In this document: positions 1 to 8,685 of the stretch, piece by piece
Numbering within the stretch: position 1 is the first letter of the stretch
Layout of the letters: the number at the start of each line of letters is the position of its first letter
Assembly: GCA_021108075.1 (NCBI GenBank)
Contig: JAIORP010000068.1
Location: 10,594-74,593 of the forward strand
Direction of reading: 5' to 3'
DNA length: 64,000 bases
DNA from: Candidatus Omnitrophota bacterium
GTDB taxonomy: Bacteria; Omnitrophota; Gorgyraeia; Zapsychrales; Zapsychraceae
Made by a program: the position numbers and the translations under genes
Notes under the pieces: model-generated
Database searches by the model: none
What the model was told of the DNA's origin: nothing
The model's input: the letters and a program-made list of their open reading frames with translations, nothing else

Positions 1-1
1 A

Positions 2-847
2 TGGGCCCAGGAAGGGTATCATTTTCTGGATACCTTTTTTGATCTGAATAAAAAGTACTATGGTGCTGGTTTGAATTTTGTTGATTTCGCGACAAAAACC
101 GAAGACGCACGGAAAACCATAAATATCTGGGTGGAGAATAAAACACAGCAGAAAATTAAAGAATTAATCAAACCACCCATGATTGATTCACTTACATCAT
201 TGGTCCTCTGTAACGCGATTTATTTCAAGGGCGACTGGTTAAGCCGATTCGATAAAAAAAGAACAATGGATGCTGATTTTTATGTTTCTCCTGATGAAGT
301 CATCAAGGTTCCCATGATGAGTCAGAAATCAAAATTTAAATTTAAAGATTTCGATGGCTTTAGCGCTATAGAGTTGCCGTATGAAGGCAATGATTTGTCT
401 ATGATTGTCTTTTTGCCTAAAGAAATTGGCGGCTTAGTAGAGTTTGAAAGCATCTTAATAAATGACAATGTGGAAAATTGGATAGACAAACTCTCTCATT
501 CACCCGGGTCAGAAATATTCGTAAGTTTACCTAAATTTAAAACCACATGTGAGTTTGAATTAGCAGATGTACTTGCTGAAATGGGCATGCCGCATGCGTT
601 TGCCGGCGCGGATTTTTCAGGAATGACCGGCCAAAAAGACCTTTTCATCAGTAAGGTTATTCACAAAGCTTTCGTGGATGTCAATGAAGAGGGCACAGAA
701 GCTGCCGCGGCGACAGCGGTTGTTATGACAAGATGCATTAGCCGCCCCCTGACGTTTCGGGCCGATCACCCTTTTGTGTTCTTGATACGTGATAATATGA
801 CGGGGAGTATTTTATTTATTGGAAGGATTGTTGATCCAGTAAAATAA
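2..847 (+). CDS. Serpin (serine protease inhibitor), 5'-truncated by the window edge
   Basis: Frame is open from position 2 (WAQEGYHFLDTF...). Serpin motifs INIWVENKT, NAIYFKGDW, hinge EEGTEAAAAT and C-terminal FRADHPFVFLIRD. Confidence 0.95.
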   Translation, partial: WAQEGYHFLDTFFDLNKKYYGAGLNFVDFATKTEDARKTINIWVENKTQQKIKELIKPPMIDSLTSLVLCNAIYFKGDWLSRFDKKRTMDADFYVSPDEVIKVPMMSQKSKFKFKDFDGFSAIELPYEGNDLSMIVFLPKEIGGLVEFESILINDNVENWIDKLSHSPGSEIFVSLPKFKTTCEFELADVLAEMGMPHAFAGADFSGMTGQKDLFISKVIHKAFVDVNEEGTEAAAATAVVMTRCISRPLTFRADHPFVFLIRDNMTGSILFIGRIVDPVK

Positions 848-1082
848 AGAGCGTGCAACACCTGTAATGTCCTCGTTGTCAGGAGAAAAGACTTATCCTT
901 CGAAGATTTTCAATAATTTTTTAGGGTCATAAAGAAATTATTTTATCGTTTTTGTTTTGGCTTTGTTTCAAAAAGTTGGTTAAAAGGTCGGTAAAGCCTT
1001 GAGAGCACCAATTTTCCTTCATGCTTCGGCAGCTTCGCCGTCTGCGCAAGTCCGCTTGTTAGTGTATGTTATGTGTGTAATA

Positions 1083-1168
1083 ATACCGATTCACTGCATT
1101 AAATAATGACCAAAACCGATTCTGTTTTTCAGAATTAAAATAGAACAATTTATTAATGGATTTGGTAT
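1083..1168 (+). repeat. MITE-like repeat, copy 1
   Basis: ATACC...CATTAAATAATGACCAAAACC...CAGAATTAAAATAGAACAATTTATTAATGGATTTGGTAT; nearly identical to 25398-25479 and 45081-45162. Confidence 0.85.
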
Positions 1169-1330
1169 AAATGCCAGCGGTTTATTCTTAAATATATGGT
1201 GTGTATATACTTATGCCATATTAAGTCATTGACGGTATTTAAAAAAAAGAGGAACGGGGGGATCGTTCCGTCAAAAATATTTGTGATATAATGATCAACG
1301 AGAAAACGGTTTTAACCGTCCTACTTAAAG

Positions 1331-1981
1331 GTGAATTTAATGATAGATCAGAACGAAAAAAAAGTTGTCATTTTTTTATTAATAACCATTTTATTGTTGG
1401 GAATGCTATGCTTATTTTTTAACGATCTTTTTTTCTTGATTTTAAGTGAGGATCATATTGTTGAGTCTATGACTTCAATCCTTTATCTTCTTAGTTCATG
1501 TTTTTTCCTTTTGCTGTTCCTGAAGTCGCGCAGAAAAATACATATAATTTTTTCTTTAATATTATTTATTTTTTGTCTTGAAGAGATAAGTTATGGCCAG
1601 AGGTTTTTTGGATATGAGACGCCTTTATTTATGTCTAAGATCAATGTCCAGGATGAAGTGAATATACACAATACAATATTTTTTAATTCTGAGATAATTT
1701 TTCATTTTTCTCTATTGGTATATTTTGTGTTTATTCCTTTGATGAATAGAAGCAGGATGAAGACTTTTTTTAAGAAAATTGGTTTGATTGTCCCGTCTAT
1801 TTATTATTCCCCTTTTATGGGTGTATTTTTTTCTTTATTATGGATTGATTATATGCTTGGTAAAATTAACATAGAGGAAATTTCTGAGCTTATCGTCAGT
1901 TTGTTGTTTTTTTTTACTGCCTATTTTTCTTTTCGCGGATCTCGCTTAGAATATAGCAAAATAAGGAAAAGCGAGGATTAA
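1331..1981 (+). CDS. Polytopic membrane protein of unknown function
   Basis: About 6 hydrophobic segments; motifs EDHIVE, EEISYGQR and QDEVNIHN. Confidence 0.75.
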   Translation: MNLMIDQNEKKVVIFLLITILLLGMLCLFFNDLFFLILSEDHIVESMTSILYLLSSCFFLLLFLKSRRKIHIIFSLILFIFCLEEISYGQRFFGYETPLFMSKINVQDEVNIHNTIFFNSEIIFHFSLLVYFVFIPLMNRSRMKTFFKKIGLIVPSIYYSPFMGVFFSLLWIDYMLGKINIEEISELIVSLLFFFTAYFSFRGSRLEYSKIRKSED

Positions 1982-2246
1982 TTGCGGTGTGAAACAGAAA
2001 GCTCAGGAGAAGATTCGTTGTTTAAGTCTGTGGATGACCATAGCCGGAGAAAAGACGAAATAACCAGTGTCTGTCCGTGTATACCCAAAGCGAAGAAAGA
2101 AATATCATTTTAAAAAATATTTAAGTCCCACGTCGAGCATCTTTTCGTGAGTGGTTTTTTGATTGTGGCAATATGTGATGATTAACATCCATAGCAAAGC
2201 GATATGGTGCGCGGATCGGCGTTTTGTTGAAAAATGAGAAATCCTG

Positions 2247-3377
2247 ATGGATAAAACAGTTCATATTTATCAAAATAAAGGATATGATATTGTGGACATT
2301 AAGAAGTCCCTTTATCACTATTTTGACCGCAAATTTCATTTTAATAATAAGAAGGTTTTACTTAAGCCGAATTTGCTGAAAGCCGCTGCTCCTGAGGCGC
2401 ATGTCACAACACATCCCATTCTCATAGAAGCCCTGGTTCAGTATATTCTGGATATGGGGGGCAAATGTGTGATCGGTGACAGCCCCGCCGGGTGGGGGAT
2501 CGCGCATGTGAAACACGTTGCGGATGTCACGGGCATGACGAACATCTGCGATAAATATAACATCGCGTTCAGTTATTTTGATGCCACTGAAATGCGGAAA
2601 ATGATCATTAAGACGGGCGTTGTGTTTAAAGAGATATTTGTCGCTGAGAATTATTTTGACTGTGATTATGTGATCAATGTGCCCAAACTCAAAACGCATT
2701 CGTTAACGGTTTTTACTCTGGGTGTTAAGAATATGCTCGGTGTTGTGCCTGGTTTACACAAGAAACTTTTTCATGAAAAAGGTCAAGACCCGAAACGCTT
2801 CGCGCAGGCCATATGCGACCTTTTTTCTGTTGTTCAGCCTAACGTAACGGTTTTAGATGGTATCATTGGAATGCATCGAAATGGTCCGGCCAATGGCGAC
2901 CCCATTCCTTTAGGGCGGATATTTATAAGTGAACAGACAAACGCCCTGGACGCGGTTGTCTGTCGCATGTGTGGTGTTGATCCGTTGCAGGTTCCGATTA
3001 CCCGGGCTGTTCATGAACGTGGAATAGGAGACATCCATAATATCCCTGTCCAGAAAGAATACAGCGACCATGATGACGCGTTCAAATCGTTTCAGTTGCA
3101 CAAAATATACAAATTGCGGACGAACCTTCCGGTTCAAGTTTTTTGTTGCCTTTTCGCCCTATTTAAATACAAGCCGAAGATCAATACAAGTGCTTGCACG
3201 AAATGCCACAAATGTGTCGTCATCTGCCCCACTGGAGCGTTATCTCGAACTGAATCCTACCCGCAATTGGATCTGGATAAATGTGTGCGTTGTTTTTGTT
3301 GCTGCGAAATCTGTCCGACAGGGGCAATGTCAGTCGATAAGAATTTTTTTGCGAAACTCGTTAATGAATATCAATGA
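2247..3377 (+). CDS. DUF362-family protein with C-terminal 2x[4Fe-4S] ferredoxin domain
   Basis: VLLKPNL, TTHP, INVPKLKTH, TLGVKN, DGIIGM..NGP; CTKCHKCVVICP and CVRCFCCCEICP. Confidence 0.9.
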   Translation: MDKTVHIYQNKGYDIVDIKKSLYHYFDRKFHFNNKKVLLKPNLLKAAAPEAHVTTHPILIEALVQYILDMGGKCVIGDSPAGWGIAHVKHVADVTGMTNICDKYNIAFSYFDATEMRKMIIKTGVVFKEIFVAENYFDCDYVINVPKLKTHSLTVFTLGVKNMLGVVPGLHKKLFHEKGQDPKRFAQAICDLFSVVQPNVTVLDGIIGMHRNGPANGDPIPLGRIFISEQTNALDAVVCRMCGVDPLQVPITRAVHERGIGDIHNIPVQKEYSDHDDAFKSFQLHKIYKLRTNLPVQVFCCLFALFKYKPKINTSACTKCHKCVVICPTGALSRTESYPQLDLDKCVRCFCCCEICPTGAMSVDKNFFAKLVNEYQ

Positions 3378-3502
3378 CAGTAAAATCAGATGGGAAAATG
3401 CCATTACCCGAGGCAGTGTTATGTGAACCACTTAGTAAGCTTTTTTAGGTAGCGACGGGGTTGTGTTGTTCATGGGGCACGTAATAGAACTTTTTATAAC
3501 GC

Positions 3503-3907
3503 TTGACAATTAATTTTATGAGTCCAGGAAAGACAAAACCAAATCTTCTGCTGGTCATTCCTAATGTGCCGGCCAGTTCATGTCTGAATTCTTTAGCCGC
3601 AGGCATTACCCAACCGCTGGGAATGGCCTATGTTGCTAATTTTATTCGACAGAAGGGTTATTCCGTTATGATTCTGGGCAATTGTGTCGATCAATTATCT
3701 ACAGATGAGTTTGCGGAATACCTTCATGTCGTTAATCCTGATATAATTGGCTTCACGGCAACAACGACGACACTCTCATCCGCTGACCGATACGCAAGAA
3801 TATGTAAAGAAGTGGTGGTTAATGATTATCTGTTTTCTGTTTCGGGTAACAAAAATAGATCTTCTTATTCAAAAGGGTGTCATCATCGCCGTCCTGAAGA
3901 AAAATGA
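3503..3907 (+). pseudogene. Truncated B12-binding domain (N-terminal fragment of a B12-radical SAM gene)
   Basis: QPLGMAYVANFIRQKGYSVMIL...PDIIGFTATT matches the N-termini of neighbouring B12-rSAMs; similarity stops at about ICKEV and no CX3CX2C follows. Confidence 0.75.
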
Positions 3908-4043
3908 ACAGTAACGGAAAAAATTTTTATGCCAACAAAGACTTGATTTAAAGCGGGATGATTTTGACGCTATCAAAAGAAGATGTTATTAATATTTTAG
4001 AAAGGATCAACACAGCCATACAAGAGCTTAACGAATAAAAGAC

Positions 4044-5468
4044 ATGAAAATTCTTCTCTTACAACCATATGTTCAGCATGAAATTTCACACATGTGCATA
4101 AAATCCATTGATAAGGAGAAAGGCTTCTTCCCTCCTCTGGGTTTACTTTATATCGCAACATATTTGAAAAAACACACGGCGCATGAGGTGCGGGTCCTTG
4201 ATTGCAACACGGAACATATTGACGTGCCCCGTTTAGAAACGGTCTTACTCGAATTTCAACCGGATATCGTCGGTGTTTCGACGATCACGCATCATCTCAT
4301 TGACGCTTACGCGGCAGCGGCCGTCATTAAAAAGATATCAACGGACATCATCACTGTTTTCGGAGGAGCGCACGCCAGCATTTATCCTATAACCACGGTT
4401 GAAAATTCGAACATTGATTATGCGATCCGCGGAGAAGGAGAGATCGTTTTCACGGAATTGGTGCGGGCCATTGAGCAAAATAAAAGTTTAGCTGAGATTT
4501 CAGCCATTCCCGGGATCGCCACTAAATATTTGGCCAAACGCGGCCTGAAAAACGGAGATATCCAGCGGCTTTTTATTGATGATTTAGACAGCCTTCCCTC
4601 GCCTGACCGGACACTTGTTCCGTATAAGAAGTATCATAATATTCTTTCTCCCAACCGGTATATGACAACCATGTTTACCACCCGGGGGTGCCCGTATCAT
4701 TGCGTCTTTTGTAATCGTATGGGACGAAAAGTGCGTTCTTTGTCGCCGGGTAAGGTGTTATCTGAGATAGAAACCCTGCTTAAGCTGGGGATCAATGAAA
4801 TATTTTTTAAAGATGACACGTTTACTATCGATCAAGACCGCGTCAAATTGATTTGCAAAGGCATTATTGACCGTAATTACGCGTTTACCTGGCAGGTCCG
4901 CACAAGGGCTGACTGTTTTGATTTTGAATTGCTTTCCTTGATGAAAAAAGCCGGTTGCAGCAGGATCAGCTTTGGGATTGAAAGTGGAGATCCTCATATT
5001 TTAAAAATGCTGCGAAAAGAACTTGATTTTGAACTGGCGCGAAATGTTGTTCAATGGTGCCGTCAACTGGGCATCCAGACCTTAGCGAATTATATTATCG
5101 GGTGTCCGGGTGAAACCAAAAAAGAAATTCATAAGACATTGTTGTTTGCTGAAAGATTAGGAACGGACTATGCCTTGTTTTTTATCCTCAGCCTGTACCC
5201 GGACACAGATTTATACCGGCAAGCCATGGCGTCAGGCCTTGTGCCGGGAGATGTTTGGCTGGATTTCGCTAAAAATCCAACCAGGGCGTTCATCGCGCCG
5301 ATATGGAATGAAAATTTTTCCAGAGAGGAACTCGAAGAAATATCAAAGAATATCCACAAAAGATTTTTTATACGGCCGGGTCTCATCCTGCGCGAAATGA
5401 AAAAAATAGAGAGCCCCAATGAATTTATAAAAAAAGTCAGGGCCGCGTGGAATTTATGGCAGGCATAG
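4044..5468 (+). CDS. B12-binding radical SAM protein
   Basis: PPLGLLYIA, GGAHAS, RGEGE, TRGCPYHCVFC, DDTFT, GIESG. Confidence 0.95.
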   Translation: MKILLLQPYVQHEISHMCIKSIDKEKGFFPPLGLLYIATYLKKHTAHEVRVLDCNTEHIDVPRLETVLLEFQPDIVGVSTITHHLIDAYAAAAVIKKISTDIITVFGGAHASIYPITTVENSNIDYAIRGEGEIVFTELVRAIEQNKSLAEISAIPGIATKYLAKRGLKNGDIQRLFIDDLDSLPSPDRTLVPYKKYHNILSPNRYMTTMFTTRGCPYHCVFCNRMGRKVRSLSPGKVLSEIETLLKLGINEIFFKDDTFTIDQDRVKLICKGIIDRNYAFTWQVRTRADCFDFELLSLMKKAGCSRISFGIESGDPHILKMLRKELDFELARNVVQWCRQLGIQTLANYIIGCPGETKKEIHKTLLFAERLGTDYALFFILSLYPDTDLYRQAMASGLVPGDVWLDFAKNPTRAFIAPIWNENFSREELEEISKNIHKRFFIRPGLILREMKKIESPNEFIKKVRAAWNLWQA

Positions 5469-5481
5469 ATGCCAGAACAGT

Positions 5482-5518
5482 CAGAATGACTTTGATGATT
5501 ATTTAACAAAATTGGTAT
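5482..5518 (-). repeat. Partial, degenerate copy of the MITE-like repeat
   Basis: CAGAATGACTTTGATGATTATTTAACAAAATTGGTAT versus family consensus CAGAATTGGTTTTGGTCATTATTTAATGGAATTGGTAT. Confidence 0.55.
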
Positions 5519-5543
5519 AAATCAGTAAAAAATATAACTTTTT

Positions 5544-6551
5544 ATGAGAAAATTAATTTTAGTCACAGGTGGAACGGGTTTTATCGGACGGCATTTAGTC
5601 CAAGCCCTGGTTAACGCGGGTAAAAGGATCCGATGCCTTGTCCTGCCTAATAGCGATATAACCGTTTTAAAAAAAATGAGCGTTGAGATTGTTTACGGCG
5701 ATGTTTTAGACCTCCGTTCATTACAAAAAGCTGTTGAGGGGGTCGAGATCGTCTATCACCTTGCAGCGTATGTGCGTCCGTACAGGAATTTTTACCAGTT
5801 GCATAAGTTTTCTGATAGTTTCGATGACGTGAATGTGTTAGGAACACAAAATTTGGCGGATGTGTGCTGTGAAAGTCATGTCCAACGTTTTATTTTTTAT
5901 AGCAGCATTGCTGTCGCCGGGTTAGGTGAAGGGCATACGGAAGCCTCGGTTTGTGAACCGATCACGACATACGGCCAGAGCAAGTTAAAGGCTGAAAAAT
6001 ATTTGATGGCGCTTTATGAATCCAAGAATTTTCCCGTGGTTATTCTTCGTCCAGGGCAGGTTTTCGGCCCTGCGAACATGCCTATGTTAACACTGTTTCG
6101 TTTTGTTAGAAGAGGGGTCCTACCATCTTTTGGCCCTGGAACAAACCGCATACCATTTTGTTTTGTTGATAATTTAATCCATGCGACTTTATCAGCCGAA
6201 AGTAAGGGGTCGATTGGGACACAGTACTACATTTTTGATGAACACCTGACCCTGCGCGGCTTTTCTCTTCTGATTGCTGAAGCGCTGGGTGTTCAATTGT
6301 CGCGCTTTTATATCCCTAAATATTTGGCGGTGCTTGGTATAACCCTGAAGGAACTGATTGAGAAAGTCATTCGGGTTCGCATTTGCCCGTTGAGGATGGA
6401 TATCAGCAGTGAAACGATCAAGATTGCCACGAATAATTGGACATTTTCTAATGAAAAGTCGATCAAAGAACTGGAATATCAATCACAGATTTCATTGAAG
6501 GAAGGAGTTGAGAAAACGGTGCAATGGTATCGTGAACGTGGTTATTTATGA
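5544..6551 (+). CDS. NAD-dependent epimerase/dehydratase (extended SDR)
   Basis: ILVTGGTGFIG, VYHLAA, SS, catalytic YGQSK, ILRPGQVFGP. Confidence 0.92.
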   Translation: MRKLILVTGGTGFIGRHLVQALVNAGKRIRCLVLPNSDITVLKKMSVEIVYGDVLDLRSLQKAVEGVEIVYHLAAYVRPYRNFYQLHKFSDSFDDVNVLGTQNLADVCCESHVQRFIFYSSIAVAGLGEGHTEASVCEPITTYGQSKLKAEKYLMALYESKNFPVVILRPGQVFGPANMPMLTLFRFVRRGVLPSFGPGTNRIPFCFVDNLIHATLSAESKGSIGTQYYIFDEHLTLRGFSLLIAEALGVQLSRFYIPKYLAVLGITLKELIEKVIRVRICPLRMDISSETIKIATNNWTFSNEKSIKELEYQSQISLKEGVEKTVQWYRERGYL

Positions 6552-6734
6552 TGTGGAGATAGATTTTTTTAAATAAATTCGGATCAATACCTTTCCCCAC
6601 CCAGTATGATGGTGCTTGAATTCCCCGCAGATGAATTGGAATCAATGTGAAATTTTTTTTTTTTGAATCAGACATTTTAGTGATATATTAATATTTATGT
6701 CTTATAATAATATTTCTATTTATAACAGGTCAAT

Positions 6735-7730
6735 ATGGATAAGTATTTTTTAAATATTCGTCGATTTATTTTGTTGTACAATATTTTTATTCGCAGGGTG
6801 CGCTTAAAGGGGCATACTCAAATGTTGAAGTATGCGTTTAAACGTCTTTTTTTAAGACAGGAAATCCCCATGACGATCATGATCGCGTTAACTTATCGCT
6901 GCCAGTGCCGATGCGTGCATTGCTCGGCTTCGGACCTTTCTGATCAAGCGGGAGAGGAATTGACAACCGCAGAATGTCGGGATGTGATTCGTGAAGCGAG
7001 TGAGCGCGGATTTATTAAAGTCGGCATCACGGGTGGAGAGCCTTTATTACGCGATGATATTGTTGAGATTGTACATTTCGCGTACCGAACAGGGATGAGT
7101 GTCTCTATTGATACGAACGGAATCCTTTTGACGGAACAGATGGTCCGTGAATTAAAAGATGCCGGGATTACGAATATCAATGTCAGTTTAGACCATCCGG
7201 ACGAGAAATATCACAATCGTCTGCGCAGATACAAGAACTGTTTTAAACATGCGCTGGAGGGCATCGATCATTGTGTTCAGCAGAGAATTCCCTGTGTTGT
7301 GTCAACGTATATTACGGATCGGTCTTTTGAAAACAATGAGTTGGATAAAATGATTGCTCTGGCAAAAGAGTTAAAATCGACGGCCGTGCGCTGCCTTTTT
7401 CCTATTCATTCAGGGAAATTCAGTCAGAAAAAAAGGTCATTGCTGTCGCCCGTGAATAAACAGAAGTTTTTTGACACTTACGCGGATGGTTCTTTTGTTT
7501 ATTCGGAGAGTCCGATGTTCGATTTTCAGACGGGACAGTTAGAATGTTCCGCTCTAAAGAAATTGTCTGTTTATTTGACAGCCTATGGAGACCTTAAATA
7601 TTGTCATGTTTCAAATAATGTTTTGGGAAATATTCGATCAGAGTCTTTATCCGAAATACTGAACAGGAATGAATATTCTTCCCCTGAGAACCGGATTAAA
7701 TTAAATTGTCAAACGTTTCACGATCAATAG
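6735..7730 (+). CDS. Radical SAM protein, SPASM/twitch-like
   Basis: LTYRCQCRCVHC, TGGEPLLR, TNG, NVSLD; C-terminal C..G.LKYC..LGNI. Confidence 0.9.
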   Translation: MDKYFLNIRRFILLYNIFIRRVRLKGHTQMLKYAFKRLFLRQEIPMTIMIALTYRCQCRCVHCSASDLSDQAGEELTTAECRDVIREASERGFIKVGITGGEPLLRDDIVEIVHFAYRTGMSVSIDTNGILLTEQMVRELKDAGITNINVSLDHPDEKYHNRLRRYKNCFKHALEGIDHCVQQRIPCVVSTYITDRSFENNELDKMIALAKELKSTAVRCLFPIHSGKFSQKKRSLLSPVNKQKFFDTYADGSFVYSESPMFDFQTGQLECSALKKLSVYLTAYGDLKYCHVSNNVLGNIRSESLSEILNRNEYSSPENRIKLNCQTFHDQ

Positions 7731-7748
7731 TTCTTTGCTGAGAAAGTT

Positions 7749-8588
7749 ATGGTTTACGATAAAAGCAGATCAGCCTCAAAAAAAATCAGTCTGTTGTATT
7801 CTGGCGGATGCGATTCAACTTTGTCTGCGTCCATCCTGGCTAAAGACTTCGAAGAAATTCATCTGGTAACTTTCAAGCATTATGCGACCTGGAATGTCGG
7901 AAGGTCCAGAATAAATGTTCAGAAGTTAAGGGTTGAAAACAAACAGGTCCGATTCATACATGTTTTTTTGAACACTTCCGGGTTGTTTTATAATATTCAG
8001 AAAGGATTTTTTAACGATCGCGCAATGTTGCCCTATTTTCCGTTATATATTTGTGGAGCCTGTAAGCTAGCCATGCATACGGATTTGATTTGTTATAATT
8101 TGGCCCATGATATCACTTTTGCCTCCAGTGGGGCTTCCCACGAAATGAGTATGTTTCCGGCGCAAACCGAGGGAGGGCTGAGCCATCTTGAGAAGTACTA
8201 TGCTGAATATGGCATGCAATTGATGAGTCCCGTCTACCGGAAGAAGAACGTTGATGTTGAGGCTATTGAAAAGGGTCTTCTCGAGCCCCGGCATCTAAAA
8301 AAAAAACATAAAGCAAGCTGGAATAAGTTATCAGATTTATATGTCCCTATAAAGAATGTTATTGATAATACTCAGGGATTTTGTTTTTGGATCGCGGCTG
8401 TTGATATTTATATCGCCCGGGAACAAAAGAAGAGCCGTCTTAGCCGGACACAACAAGTAAGTCGTGTATCAAAATTTTCACAGCAATATTATCAAAAAAA
8501 AATTGATGATATTTGTAGAAAATATATTGAATTAAGTCAAAAGAAGCAGAAGCGCAAACAAATTAATCATACCAAATTCATTGTTTAA
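7749..8588 (+). CDS. PP-loop (adenine nucleotide alpha hydrolase) protein, QueC-like fold
   Basis: LLYSGGCDST PP-loop and CGACK motif. The stop codon lies inside MITE copy 2. Confidence 0.8.
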   Translation: MVYDKSRSASKKISLLYSGGCDSTLSASILAKDFEEIHLVTFKHYATWNVGRSRINVQKLRVENKQVRFIHVFLNTSGLFYNIQKGFFNDRAMLPYFPLYICGACKLAMHTDLICYNLAHDITFASSGASHEMSMFPAQTEGGLSHLEKYYAEYGMQLMSPVYRKKNVDVEAIEKGLLEPRHLKKKHKASWNKLSDLYVPIKNVIDNTQGFCFWIAAVDIYIAREQKKSRLSRTQQVSRVSKFSQQYYQKKIDDICRKYIELSQKKQKRKQINHTKFIV

Positions 8589-8671
8589 TGTTCTATTTCA
8601 ATTCTGATATTCTTGCTAAAGCGTCGAGAAAAGCAGAATTGATTTTGGTAATTATTTAATGGAATTGGTAT
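8569..8671 (-). repeat. MITE-like repeat, copy 2 (long variant)
   Basis: ATACCAAATTC...GAGAAAAGCAGAATTGATTTTGGTAATTATTTAATGGAATTGGTAT; internal insert shared with 40024-40125. Confidence 0.8.
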
Positions 8672-8685
8672 CAACAGGAAAATAG

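Noticed and set aside
1040-1080. GTGTATGTTATGT as another attI or attC end
   Set aside because: No matching R'' box or attC hairpin is visible nearby and similarity to the two attI-like sites is weak.
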